A DNA stretch of 64,000 nucleotides from Patescibacteria group bacterium (GCA_041645215.1 JBAZQK010000007.1:8976-72975), one strand, 5' to 3'; shown: positions 1 to 9,853, numbered from the stretch's first letter. Translations and numbers: made by a program. Notes: generated by a model from the sequence alone, not told the origin.

Positions 1-595
1 CATAGTATTCATTAATTAAATGAGTAATCACTGATTTATACAAAAGACGGATTAGTATTTGTAATAAATAATTAGCCATTTCTTGATAGTCAGGTTCAGT
101 AATAATAGTTCCATCCTGTGCCATTTTAACAATTTGTAACAATTGATTAAAATGTTCAGGCTTAGAACCAACTACCAGCTGATTTTTAACTCCTGCCATT
201 AACATAGCCGGTCCGCCAATGTCTATCAATTCAAATTTCTCATTTTCGGTTTTATCTTTGTCGGCAAATGCCTCTGCCGTTGGATAGGGGTTAACATAGA
301 GCAGGTCCATTGGTACCATGCCCATTTCTGCTAACTCTTCCATATGTTTTGGTTTTGCCTTATCAGCCAAAATACTGCCAAAAACCGGCTGTGATATGGT
401 GACAATCCTGTGATCAAACTTAGGTTTACCGACAATGGTAGTAAGATCAACTAACTTAACACCATACCCGGTTAAAAAGGTAGCTGTACCACCCGAAGCG
501 TAAATTTGGATTTCTGATTCTGCCAATTTTATGACAAAATCAACCAAAGCTTGGTCCTTTGTAAAAGACGATATTAATGCGTTTTTAATTTGCAT
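1..595 (-). CDS. Partial CDS whose C-terminus runs off the window. It resembles an MGS-like / PurH N-terminal (IMP cyclohydrolase) domain protein.
   Basis: The reverse strand reads open from ATG (593-595, minus) to the window edge. Hand translation gives 'IYASGGTATFL', 'GVKLVDL...TGFP-like' and 'LYVNPYPT' motifs resembling the PurH/MGS fold. It is absent from the ORF track because there is no stop in the window. Confidence 0.45.
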   Translation of the reverse strand, partial: MQIKNALISSFTKDQALVDFVIKLAESEIQIYASGGTATFLTGYGVKLVDLTTIVGKPKFDHRIVTISQPVFGSILADKAKPKHMEELAEMGMVPMDLLYVNPYPTAEAFADKDKTENEKFELIDIGGPAMLMAGVKNQLVVGSKPEHFNQLLQIVKMAQDGTIITEPDYQEMANYLLQILIRLLYKSVITHLINEYY

Positions 596-721
596 TTTTC
601 CTCACTTGATTGGGTTGATAAATATTTTATTTTGCCATCACTTTATCTTAACTTAACCAAAAAGTCAAACGACTTATACCCATATAAGAATAAGTCGTCA
701 AAAATAAATCTAACTTAGATA

Positions 722-1597
722 CTACAATTTACCTTTAAAAAACGAATAACCAATAATCTTATAGCCAAGCTTAGCCGCCAAAAAGTCGCCCGCCGGCTGC
801 CCGGGAATCGGCGCCAGTTCCACAATATCAGCACCCACAATTTTTTTAGTCTTGGCTACGGCGCGCAACAAATTAAGCACCTGATACCAAGTAAGTCCGC
901 CCGGTTCCGGCGTACCTGTACCCGGCACTAAAGAAGGGTCAAAAGCATCTATATCAACTGTTAGATACACTTGATCACTTAAGCACTTTAACACTTTAGC
1001 AATCGGTATATCTGGGGCGGGAAAGATTCTAGATTCTAACTTAGTTTTTTTAATGAACTCAATCTCTTCCTCACAAGTAGAACGAATTCCTACCGCCACC
1101 ACTGGCACACCTAAATCATAAACTCGCCTCATAGCGCAGGCGTGACTATATTTAGAACCTTGGTACTCCTCGCGCAAATCAGTATGCGCGTCTATTTGCA
1201 AAACTGACAAATTCTTATACTTATTCTTTAAGGCCGCCACCACGCCCGGGGTTATAGAATGCTCTCCGCCCAAAACCAACGGCCATTTTTTAGACTGAAT
1301 TATTTTAACAACTTCGTTATTAATTCGTTTGATCGTGGCCTCGGGGCCGGTCATATCCGGCTCTAATTCGCCCAGCGTAAAAAAACCCAGACGGGAAATA
1401 TCTTTATCTATTTCCGTATCCCATAATTCCAGATGGCGCGAGGCTTCAATAATGGCCGCCGGGCCCCGGCCCGTGCCAGCGCCATAAGTGGTAGTGCCTT
1501 CATAGGGCACTAGTAAAATCGCCACCTTGGCCTTAGCCCAAGAAATTGGTTCCAACCCACCGTAATTATATGGCTCTTTGGAAAATTTCATTTTCAT
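722..1597 (-). CDS. speB: Agmatinase / arginase-family ureohydrolase
   Basis: Mn-binding motifs are present: 'QIDAHTDLR', 'DIDAFDPSLVPGTGTPEPGG', 'GGEHS'. The adjacent gene is an arginine decarboxylase. Confidence 0.88.
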   Translation of the reverse strand: MKMKFSKEPYNYGGLEPISWAKAKVAILLVPYEGTTTYGAGTGRGPAAIIEASRHLELWDTEIDKDISRLGFFTLGELEPDMTGPEATIKRINNEVVKIIQSKKWPLVLGGEHSITPGVVAALKNKYKNLSVLQIDAHTDLREEYQGSKYSHACAMRRVYDLGVPVVAVGIRSTCEEEIEFIKKTKLESRIFPAPDIPIAKVLKCLSDQVYLTVDIDAFDPSLVPGTGTPEPGGLTWYQVLNLLRAVAKTKKIVGADIVELAPIPGQPAGDFLAAKLGYKIIGYSFFKGKL

Positions 1598-1682
1598 AAA
1601 TTAAAATTTCAATTACTAATTTTAATCAAACCCTAAATCCCAATAACTAAATTAAGAAAAATGCTCAAATTTTAAATTTTGA

Positions 1683-1800
1683 CCCGCCTGCCCCGCTAAG
1701 CGGGGCCTGCCAAAGCCGCTGTGTCAAACACGCTCTAGCTATAAATTAAAGTGATGAAATTTGGCGTCAATCCATCCATTAGGTAAGGCCACGGCGGGCA
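1683..1800 (-). repeat. Z-family repeat copy (reverse orientation) between speB and speA
   Basis: cccgcctgcc...caaagccgctgtgtcaaacacgctctagctataaa is the reverse complement of the 9815-9853 segment. The other end, ggcgggcagg, is the reverse complement of the Z left end. Confidence 0.55.
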
Positions 1801-1824
1801 GGTTTTTAAATTTTAAATTTCCCA

Positions 1825-3213
1825 TTACCACCCGAACTGACGGCCGATTTCCTCGGCCGTCTCGCGCTTGCGAGCCACCGTAATAACCCCGTTTTGAATA
1901 ATAATTTTCATAGGTGACGATAATAAACAGTGGTGTGAAGCCAGCGCATCCTGATAAGCGCCGGTATCAAGCACCGCCACATAAAGTTGATCGCCATTCT
2001 CTAAATCATCAAGCCGCGGCAAGGCTATGTAATTGCCGCCGTTAGTGTACTTGTCATCGGAATCGCAAGATAGTCCGGCTAACCAGACCCGCGCTAACCG
2101 ACGGGAGTTTAAATAATTAACTGGCAAAATATGCCATTTTTGATGAATCGCCCAGGTGTCTTTCAGATCATTCATAAAACTGCCATCAATAACATACCAC
2201 TTCTTAGCGCTGGTGTTTTTGGTGATGTCTTTTTCACTGATAACGCGATAAATCGTAATTTGCGCCGGCGCCACTAAATAGCTTCCCCATTCAGCCAGCA
2301 CATCCGGATGCGGCACATTGTTTTTGTCACAAATACTTTGGATTATCCGCAAAATTCTTTTGACAATCGCCTCGGTTGAAAACAGGGGATGTTTTAAAAA
2401 GGGCACGGGCATACCGCCGCCAATATCTATCATATCCAAACTGGGATTTTTCTTATGCAACTCCAAATATACCTGCATAGCTTTTTTAAGCGGCGTAGTG
2501 ATATCTTCCACATACTCCAGTTGTTTGGAGGTATGATAATGCAGTAATTTAAGGTTGCGAATTCGACCTAACGGCAAAATATCCTCGGCTGTTAAACCAA
2601 AGCGGTTAAACTTTTTGTCCCAATGGCCATGTACCCTAACTTGCGGATCAAGCCGAATGCCAACATCGCCTTTATAGGTTGAGAGCGCGGCCAGCTCAAA
2701 CTTATCTTCAATAATTGGTGTTATTGATAAACCTTTATCTCGTAATTCACTAATCAAAGATAAATAGTGATTGGTTTTAGGCCCGTTGCATATCACCCGA
2801 ATTTTACTGGAGAATTGCCCTTGTTCCCATAAGCGCTTAACCAGCCACAACTCATTGGCGCTGGTGACTTCAAGATTGGCGCCTTCCGATAAAATTGGCA
2901 GAACGAATTCTTTATTTTGGCTGACTTTCATTGGATAATGATAAAAAAACTTGCCGCGGTAACGGTAGGCCTTTATCCAATGATTAAAAATATTAGTCAA
3001 ATCGCTTAAACGCCGCTCAACCACAAACGGAAAGGCTATTTCCAAAGGGCTGCCAAATTTTTTGACAAGTTCCCACAGATTGTATTGATAATTTCCTTCC
3101 TTAACTATCAATTGGCCATCTTTATTCAGGTCGTAAAAATCAGTATTAACTTCCGGCCGATTAAGCCTCCACAAATTACGGTAGTATTTTAGTTTAGTCA
3201 TCTTAACGGACAA
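1825..3213 (-). CDS. speA: Biosynthetic arginine decarboxylase-like, PLP fold-type III (Orn/DAP/Arg decarboxylase family)
   Basis: The N-terminus is SpeA-like ('YNLWELVKKFGSPLEIAFPFVVERRLSDL', 'YHYPMKVSQNKEFV'). A 'DIGGGMPVPF' motif is present. It is short for SpeA. Confidence 0.72.
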   Translation of the reverse strand: MSVKMTKLKYYRNLWRLNRPEVNTDFYDLNKDGQLIVKEGNYQYNLWELVKKFGSPLEIAFPFVVERRLSDLTNIFNHWIKAYRYRGKFFYHYPMKVSQNKEFVLPILSEGANLEVTSANELWLVKRLWEQGQFSSKIRVICNGPKTNHYLSLISELRDKGLSITPIIEDKFELAALSTYKGDVGIRLDPQVRVHGHWDKKFNRFGLTAEDILPLGRIRNLKLLHYHTSKQLEYVEDITTPLKKAMQVYLELHKKNPSLDMIDIGGGMPVPFLKHPLFSTEAIVKRILRIIQSICDKNNVPHPDVLAEWGSYLVAPAQITIYRVISEKDITKNTSAKKWYVIDGSFMNDLKDTWAIHQKWHILPVNYLNSRRLARVWLAGLSCDSDDKYTNGGNYIALPRLDDLENGDQLYVAVLDTGAYQDALASHHCLLSSPMKIIIQNGVITVARKRETAEEIGRQFGW

Positions 3214-3258
3214 TTAACTATAAAACCCTTTAACGGATAATGAGATGGTTTCAATTAA

Positions 3259-3588
3259 TTATAAGACCTTCCCGCGCAACTGGCGACGTCGTTCCAACTT
3301 ACCCTTAACCTTAGCAATCTGGCGCTCAAGTTTAGGAATAATCATATCTATAGCCTCGTGCATATCAGCCGCTAGATATTCAGCGTTGATATCCGGACCC
3401 GGCACCTCCACTTTGACATCCACCCGATTAGTAAAAGCCGCCTGCCGCGACCGCTCCACGCTCAATTCTACCCGCACCCGGACTATTTGCCGCCAAAACC
3501 GCGCCAGCTTGGTAAACTTAGCGGTGGCGAAAGTTTTCAGGCTGGGGGTGAGTTTAAAGTTTTTCGCGCTGATAATCAAATTCATCAA
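3259..3588 (-). CDS. hpf: Ribosome hibernation promoting factor / RaiA (S30AE family)
   Basis: The 109-aa protein begins 'MMNLIISAKNFKLTPSLKTFATAKFTKLARF...', a typical HPF fold. Confidence 0.85.
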   Translation of the reverse strand: MMNLIISAKNFKLTPSLKTFATAKFTKLARFWRQIVRVRVELSVERSRQAAFTNRVDVKVEVPGPDINAEYLAADMHEAIDMIIPKLERQIAKVKGKLERRRQLRGKVL

Positions 3589-3784
3589 ATATCATTAACA
3601 ACTGATGCTTATAAATATAAAAGAAACCGCTGGTAAATGCAAATAGTGGATAACTTAGCCGAATTTTAAAGGTATTGCCGCCATAAATTTGACAGTAGTA
3701 ACGGTATGGGGTTAAGGTAAATTACCAACAAAAGCCAATTAAAATGAAATTTAACAATCTAAAAATGTCAATAACAACAAATAT

Positions 3785-4762
3785 ATGAGGAAACTAACTA
3801 TGAAACATGGAAAAATCAAAATATTTTCAGGCAATGCCAGTCGTATTTTGGCAAAAGAAATTTGTATCCACCTGGGAATACAACTCAGCCAAGCCGAAGT
3901 AGGGCGTTTCAGCGACGGCGAAGTTAAAATAAAACCACAGGAAGAATTCAGAGATTGCGACGTATTTATCATTAATTCAACTCAACCACCGGCTGAAAAT
4001 ATATTCGAGTTGGCTTTGTTGGCGGATGCCGCCATCGGCTCATCAGCCAGTCGCGTAACTTTAGTGATTCCCTATTTAGGTTATAACCGCCAAGATAGAA
4101 AAGATAAACCTCGAGTACCAATGAGCGCACGATACATCTGCCAGATGTTATCATTGACCGGGGCCCAGCGCGTACTCCTCCTTGATCTACACTCAGAACC
4201 AACTGCTGGATTTTTTGATCGTCATATAGTTGTTGATCATTTGTACAGCTCAAAAATCAGCGTTGATTATCTTAAATCGCTTTTAAAAAACAATTTTGTG
4301 GTAGCGTCTCCAGACAAAGGTGGTACAGCGCGGGCTGAAGCCTATTCTAATAGACTCGGATTATCCGACTGCGTTGTCTTTAATAAAAGGCGTCCCAAAG
4401 AAAATGAAGTTGATGAAAGCTCAATTAAAATAATCGGGGATGTAAAAAATAAAGATATCCTCTTTGTCGATGATATAATTGATACGGCAAAGACAATCAT
4501 TGGTGACGCCAAAGCAGCTAAAAAAGCAGGCGCTAAAAATCTCTACGTTTTTGGCACTCATGGACTTTTTTCCGATAACGCAATTGCCAAACTGGATAAA
4601 AGTCCGATTAAAGAAATAGTTATAACTGACACTATTTACCACAAACCGGAAGAATTAAAAACCAGTAAGATTAAAATTACCGTACTATCGGTAGCACAAC
4701 TACTAGCCCAGGCAATTCACCGTATTCACGAAGGAGAATCAGTCTCTTCTTTGATAATTTGA
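3785..4762 (+). CDS. prs: Ribose-phosphate pyrophosphokinase (PRPP synthetase). The true start is probably the ATG at about 3800.
   Basis: 'RFSDGEVKIKPQEEFRDCDVFIINS', 'PYLGYNRQDRK' and 'DLHS' motifs are present, with PRPP-binding 'VDDIIDTAKT'. Confidence 0.9.
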   Translation: MRKLTMKHGKIKIFSGNASRILAKEICIHLGIQLSQAEVGRFSDGEVKIKPQEEFRDCDVFIINSTQPPAENIFELALLADAAIGSSASRVTLVIPYLGYNRQDRKDKPRVPMSARYICQMLSLTGAQRVLLLDLHSEPTAGFFDRHIVVDHLYSSKISVDYLKSLLKNNFVVASPDKGGTARAEAYSNRLGLSDCVVFNKRRPKENEVDESSIKIIGDVKNKDILFVDDIIDTAKTIIGDAKAAKKAGAKNLYVFGTHGLFSDNAIAKLDKSPIKEIVITDTIYHKPEELKTSKIKITVLSVAQLLAQAIHRIHEGESVSSLII

Positions 4763-4773
4763 TAATATGAGTC

Positions 4774-4812
4774 AAAAAAAGAGAGTCGAAACTAAGACTC
4801 TCTTTTAATTTT
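4774..4812 (+). terminator. Rho-independent terminator after prs
   Basis: Stem aaagagagtc / gactctcttt with loop gaaactaa, followed by 'taatttttacc'. Confidence 0.7.
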
Positions 4813-4867
4813 TACCCTCGAGTAACAAAAGAAACCTAGCCTTTAGGTCGGGGGGGCTTCACTTGCC

Positions 4868-5836
4868 TTAGAATCCTAAATACCTCACTTCCTCCCGCAA
4901 CTGAATGCCGTATTTATCGCGTACTTGCTGCTTGATGTAGGATATCATCGTTATCACATCCTCGGCCCGGCCCGTGCCGGTGTTAACCAGATAATTGGCA
5001 TGGTTGTCGGAAATTTTTATGCCGCCGATCGTTTTGCCTTTTAACCCGGCGCGATCAATCAGCCAGCTGGCCGGCAACAAACCGCGGCTGATAAATTGCT
5101 CCAGCTTTTCCTCGCCCGCAAATTTTTGCCTAATCTCGTCGGCATTAGTTATCGGCACATTGGTAAATATGCAGCCGGACGACGGCAGATGATACGGTTG
5201 ATTTTGCCGCGCGGCCATATATATTTTTACCAGTTCCTGACTGGCAGCTTTATCGCCCGGTTCAAGCTCAAAGGCCGCGCTCAAAATAACATCGTTGTTA
5301 TGCTTAAACAAAGAATCGCGATAGCTGAACTGGCAATCATCGCGGGAAATATGAATAAGCTTGTCATCGCGGAATATCACCACCTCTTTTACCCAATCGC
5401 CGATAAAACCCTTGTTAGCCTGCGGCTGACCGGCGTTACCGTAAATCGCTCCGCCGACTGACCCCGGCACGCCGACCAGCGGCTCAAACCCGCTTAACGA
5501 CGCGGCCACGGTTTTTTGCACCAAAAACGCTAAGTTGACGCCCGCGTCAGCCACAACCTTGGTACCATCAATTTTGTAATCTTCATTTTTAACTTTAATA
5601 ACCAAGCCGTTAAAACCCTGGTCATTGACAATTACATTAGTTCCGCCACCCAAAATTATCACCGGAATCTTTAATTCCATCGCCACTTGGTGAACCTTGA
5701 TTACTTCGTCGGCGGTACGGGCCATAAAAAAATATTTGGCCGGCCCGCCAATTTTAAAATTAGTGTGATTGGCTAACGGCTCGTTAATCAACAAACCGTC
5801 ACCTAAATTATTTTTTAACTCCAAGGATACATCCAT
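4868..5836 (-). CDS. murB: UDP-N-acetylenolpyruvoylglucosamine reductase MurB. The track ORF extends to 5962; the likely start is Met43.
   Basis: FAD-binding 'FKIGGPAKYF' and 'IPVIILGGGTNVIV' are present, with a MurB C-terminal domain. Confidence 0.88.
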   Translation of the reverse strand: MDVSLELKNNLGDGLLINEPLANHTNFKIGGPAKYFFMARTADEVIKVHQVAMELKIPVIILGGGTNVIVNDQGFNGLVIKVKNEDYKIDGTKVVADAGVNLAFLVQKTVAASLSGFEPLVGVPGSVGGAIYGNAGQPQANKGFIGDWVKEVVIFRDDKLIHISRDDCQFSYRDSLFKHNNDVILSAAFELEPGDKAASQELVKIYMAARQNQPYHLPSSGCIFTNVPITNADEIRQKFAGEEKLEQFISRGLLPASWLIDRAGLKGKTIGGIKISDNHANYLVNTGTGRAEDVITMISYIKQQVRDKYGIQLREEVRYLGF

Positions 5837-6040
5837 AGTTAGCAAATAGCAATTGGCTGATAGCTTAAGGGCAACTGGCAAAATTATATATTTGAAACGC
5901 ATTATAAGCAATGGTTTAAAAACTAAAATAAATTCAATAATCAACAAAAAATGCGCCACCATGATTATGGAACAATAAATTCAATGATTAATTTTGTCTT
6001 AACCTAGCCAAAATAAATTATTATGGTTCCACGACTGTTG

Positions 6041-6069
6041 ACAAGTTGGGGTTTGGGGTGTATGATAGT
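6041..6069 (+). promoter_or_regulatory. Near-consensus sigma70 promoter (TTGACA-N17-TATGAT) with no ORF downstream
   Basis: ttgaca agttggggtttggggtg tatgat. The nearest plus-strand ORF (>=60 aa) is at 6668. Confidence 0.6.
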
Positions 6070-6072
6070 AGG

Positions 6073-6275
6073 TTAAAAATTTAATTGTCAATTTGGCGCG
6101 GGCCGTGCTTGTCCTGTGAGCCACAGCCAGCAAAAGGTGTTTACCTTGATACCGGTTTACAAGCACACACGAAATGCGGTTCCCCACAACAGTCGCGCAG
6201 CGATACAACGGGAAGCAACGCAGTTTATGAATGTTTATGATACTGGTATCTGGGCAAACACCTTTTTAAATAAAA
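6073..6275 (+). ncRNA. Candidate structured non-coding transcript of unknown class
   Basis: It lies immediately downstream of the consensus promoter. Helices: gtgcttgt/acaagcac, and aaaaggtgttt pairing with the 3' aaacacctttt followed by 'ttaaat'. The longest contained ORF is about 32 codons (6284-6382), less than 60 aa. Confidence 0.35.
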
Positions 6276-6490
6276 GAATTTAAAATGATTTTGCCAGAGA
6301 CATCAATACCTTGGAATGCTACTATTCTGGCGCTAGCAACGATGACTGCAATAATAAGTTTTAAAAAGACCACAAAATAACCCCTTTGCGCATACCGAGT
6401 TGGGGAATAAGTCAAATTTAATTTGCCATTCCCTCCCACCCAAACCTACAAACCTTCGCCGGTTTAGGCGGGAACCTTAACAAATATTGG

Positions 6491-6632
6491 CCCTTACTAA
6501 CTTGGAGGGGGAACAAAGTTATAAGCGACGGATTGCGGCTGGTGTGAACTAGCTTAATCCGTATTACTTATAACCGAGCTTAGTGAACTTCGGTTCAAAA
6601 CTAGCTCACTGTTGCCCTCCGGATTAGTAAGG
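6491..6632. repeat. 142-bp palindromic element with terminal inverted repeats cccttactaacttggaggg / ccctccggattagtaagg
   Basis: The 19-nt ends are inverted and there is an internal ctagctta.../...aactagctcac dyad. Only one copy is in the window. Confidence 0.4.
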
Positions 6633-6667
6633 ACAAATCATAAATAACAAAAATAGGAATTTAAAAA

Positions 6668-7045
6668 ATGAAAAAGCTAAACAAAATATTTTTTTGGCTA
6701 TTAATAATAGTCTCGGCAATTTCCTTTCCGGGATACAAAACAGCCTGCAGTTGCGCAGACTTCTTGTTGCCAGAAGCAACTTTCAACTTCCAGGTTAATA
6801 ATCGCTCCAAAGATGTGATTACCTGCTGGATATTCAGTGATCAACTTGGACTATTCAAACCGGGTCAACTTGCTACTTTTAATAAAACCTACGACGCCGA
6901 GCATTATCCCTCGGTAGCTGATTATAAACTGGATGCTTATTTCACCGCCCGCAATGAACGGACTGGCAAGTTGAGTAAGGCAAAAAAAATTCTGCTGACA
7001 ACGCGGAAAATTGAGTTAATTGAATTCAGTGACAATGATTTCTAA
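6668..7045 (+). CDS. Hypothetical secreted protein with an N-terminal signal/TM segment
   Basis: The ORF has a hydrophobic N-terminus 'KIFFWLLIIVSAISFPG'. No recognisable domain. Confidence 0.45.
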   Translation: MKKLNKIFFWLLIIVSAISFPGYKTACSCADFLLPEATFNFQVNNRSKDVITCWIFSDQLGLFKPGQLATFNKTYDAEHYPSVADYKLDAYFTARNERTGKLSKAKKILLTTRKIELIEFSDNDF

Positions 7046-7062
7046 ATATACCGGAGTTAAAA

Positions 7063-7319
7063 TGAAATCTTTTATTGGCCTATTTTATGATGAAGTCAAA
7101 CATAAGGGCGTTAAGGTGGTCATCCAAGAAATTGATGACGACGACGTTATTAGCGCTCTAATAGAAAAACATCGTCGCGGCTACAGCGGTTTGTTAGAAA
7201 TTGAACCGTCGGAAATGGAATTCATCAAAAAACTGTCAGCCGCTGAACTTGAAAAATTTCGTAACATCATTGGCCAGTTGGCATACAAGGCCCTAAATGA
7301 TGGCAGACTTATGGCTTAA
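7063..7319 (+). CDS. Hypothetical small acidic protein. The ORF-track start is 7020; the likely start is the Met at 7063.
   Basis: An ORF followed by a terminator hairpin. No recognisable domain. Confidence 0.4.
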
Positions 7320-7414
7320 CTTTAAAAACAAACCAACGCCTCCTCCAAGTGCTGGCAACTAACCAGCACTCCCTTCTTAAGCTCACGATTAACTCGCGGT
7401 TTTAAGAAGTCACC

Positions 7415-7450
7415 AAACTTCTGCCCCTACGCGGAAGTTTTTTGTTTACT
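7415..7450 (+). terminator. Rho-independent terminator after the 7063-7319 gene
   Basis: Stem aaacttc / gaagttt with loop tgcccctacgcg, followed by 'tttttgtttactatttttt'. Confidence 0.55.
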
Positions 7451-8228
7451 ATTTTTTCTCCTTTGTATTTTTGTATTATCGTGTTAACCACGCATCACAA
7501 TGGGTGCCTGGCACTGCACATTGATACAAAGAAAAATAGTCCAGTTATACCACAGACTACGCTTCCTCCCCCAGCCTAAAAACTGGGGTTCCTATAGACG
7601 ACTGACTAGGATATTTTGTCAAACCCGTAAGTCCTGAATAAATTAACGACGCAAACAGCCGATTCATTTTGAATCAGCTATTTTATTTGTAAAAACTCAT
7701 TAGTAAAATTGCTCCGCTGCGGTGACCGGATTTATTTTACTAATGATAATTCAGTTTAAAGAAAAGACAATCACGCCAGCTAACGAGCCTGACGAGCGCT
7801 GCCGAAACAAGCGGCGCTGTCAGCGCCGCTTGTTTCGTAATTCGTATTTCACCCTGCGGGTGACCACCCGCCATTCGGCCTCGACGAGTTCGACAGAGGT
7901 TCACTCCAAGTCCTCATGGCCAAGAGGTAGAGCGACTTGATTCGTAATTCGGATTGCTATTAACGCGCAAAACTAACTTCAGGGAATTATGTCCGGCCGG
8001 ACATATTTCCCTGAAGCATCTTGCGGCGAGGTGAGTGAATTTACTCTCCCTTGTTCACCTTTTTGAGGACTACGGCAACCCGCCATCGGCCTCTTATAAT
8101 TGATGATTACTGCTTAGTGCTGTAGTTTTCTATTTAATAGCATCGTTTACTTTGTACAGGCTTAGGCAGGCGGGGGGGGGAAATTCCGCCGAGATACCAT
8201 CCCCCGGTACTTCGGGATGGAACTTTAT

Positions 8229-9641
8229 TTATTTAAACTCGCTGCCGCTGGCCAAGCCGAACTTTTTTATCAGTTCCTCCCCGACTTTCCATACATCCCC
8301 GGCCCCCATCGTTATCACCAAATTAGTGCGGTCAACGGTGGCGATTAAATACTCGGTCGCGGCCGCAATGGTTGGCTTATGAACAACGTCGGGATTATGG
8401 CTTTTAATGGCCTCAACTAAATTTACCGAAGTGACCGCTCCGTTTTTTTCCCGAGCCGATGAATACACGTCCAGCACAATAACCTCGTCGGCCTCGCTAA
8501 AAGCTGTGGCAAAATCAGCCAGCAAGGCGGCGGTGCGGCTAAAAGTATGCGGATGAAACACCACCCGAATTTTCTTATACGGATAATAAGCCCGCGCGGC
8601 TTTTAAAGTCGCAATAATTTCAGCCGGGTGATGGGCATAGTCGTCAACTAAAGTAACGGCATTATTCAACCGACCCTTAATCTCAAACCGCCGCTTCGTG
8701 CCCTCAAACGACGCGATGGCTTGGCGAATAATTTCCATTTCCACTCCCAGTCGCCGGGCGCCAGCCATCGCCGCCAAAGCGTTAGCCACGTTATGCCCGC
8801 CAATTAAACGCCATTGAAAAATACCGTGATACTCGTCACCCTCGTTTACGGAAAAATGCCACTTCCCCTCCTCCAGCCACATTCGCCGCAATGTCCAGCG
8901 GCCGGCGGTTAAACCGTAAGTAACCAACTGTTCCGGTTTTAAACCAGCCTGCGCCACCGCCTGCCGAATATTTTCATTATCATAGCAAGCCACCACAAAA
9001 CCCTCGGCCGGAACTTTTTTTAAAAATTCAACAAACGCTTGCGTGTAATCCGCCGCGGTTTTAAAAAAATCCGGATGATCCCAATCAAGACTGGTTAAAA
9101 TTACCGCCTGCGGTGAAAAAAATTTTAATTTATTATGATACTCGTCCGCCTCAAATACCAGCCACTCGCCGCTGCCAATCAAGGCATTGCCGTTAAACTG
9201 AAAAACTTCCGAGCCGATTAAAGCCGTTGGCGACAGCCCGGCAGTTTGTAAAATATGCGCCAACAGCGCCGAGGTGGTGGTTTTACCGTGACTGCCCGCT
9301 ACGGCCAGACTTTTATACTGACGGGTGAGTTCTCCGACGATCTCGGGGTAAGTTAAAACCTTAAGACCTTTGACGCTGGCGGCTTTAATCTCAACATTGG
9401 TATCATCATAGGCGGTGGAATGAATAACCAAATCAATTGTTCGGTCCAGATGTTGCGCCGCAAAACCCTCATTAACCTCTATACCGGCGCGCGCCAAAAC
9501 CTTATCCGTAAAAAATTTTTCCGCCGTATCGCTCCCCCACACGGTTTTACCATGAGCTTTCAGAATCTGCGCCAGCGCGGTCATACCGACACCCTTAATG
9601 CCGATCATATATATATGTTTTGCTGAATCTAATGTGGACAT
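8229..9641 (-). CDS. murC: UDP-N-acetylmuramate--L-alanine ligase
   Basis: Mur ligase motifs are present: 'GIKGVGMTALAQIL' and 'VAGSHGKTTTSALLAHIL'. Confidence 0.92.
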   Translation of the reverse strand: MSTLDSAKHIYMIGIKGVGMTALAQILKAHGKTVWGSDTAEKFFTDKVLARAGIEVNEGFAAQHLDRTIDLVIHSTAYDDTNVEIKAASVKGLKVLTYPEIVGELTRQYKSLAVAGSHGKTTTSALLAHILQTAGLSPTALIGSEVFQFNGNALIGSGEWLVFEADEYHNKLKFFSPQAVILTSLDWDHPDFFKTAADYTQAFVEFLKKVPAEGFVVACYDNENIRQAVAQAGLKPEQLVTYGLTAGRWTLRRMWLEEGKWHFSVNEGDEYHGIFQWRLIGGHNVANALAAMAGARRLGVEMEIIRQAIASFEGTKRRFEIKGRLNNAVTLVDDYAHHPAEIIATLKAARAYYPYKKIRVVFHPHTFSRTAALLADFATAFSEADEVIVLDVYSSAREKNGAVTSVNLVEAIKSHNPDVVHKPTIAAATEYLIATVDRTNLVITMGAGDVWKVGEELIKKFGLASGSEFK

Positions 9642-9670
9642 AGTTCAAATTTTAAATTCTAAATTTTTAA

Positions 9671-9853
9671 TTCCTGCCCGCTCCGTCATGGCTTCGCCAG
9701 ATCTCGTCGTCGCTACGCAAGATCTCGCGAAGCGAGACAGAGCGATGACTAAGCGGGGCCCGCCGCTAGCCTTACCCGATAGCTGAACCGATACCAGACT
9801 ACAATACTTTTATTTATAGTTAGAGCGTGTTTGACACAGCAGCTTTGGCAGGC
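9671..9853 (+). repeat. Z-family repeat copy (cctgcccgc...gctagccttaccc...tttatagttagag...ctttggcaggcggg)
   Basis: It shares the 45-nt segment tttatagttagagcgtgtttgacacagcagctttggcaggcggg with 1695-1745 (reverse orientation), and its termini with 9988-10098 and 47622-47736. Confidence 0.6.

Noticed and set aside
3245-3598. 117-aa plus-strand ORF
   Set aside because: It is fully antisense to the well-supported hpf/raiA gene (3259-3588, minus strand). It is a shadow ORF.
5963-8228. tRNA, tmRNA, RNase P or SRP RNA genes in the long non-coding stretches
   Set aside because: I could not find T-loop GGTTCGAATCC-like motifs with acceptor/CCA context, RNase P P4 (AGGAAAGTCCGGGC), the tmRNA 3' tRNA-like end, or the SRP domain IV motif on either strand. 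I left these as unclassified structured regions.
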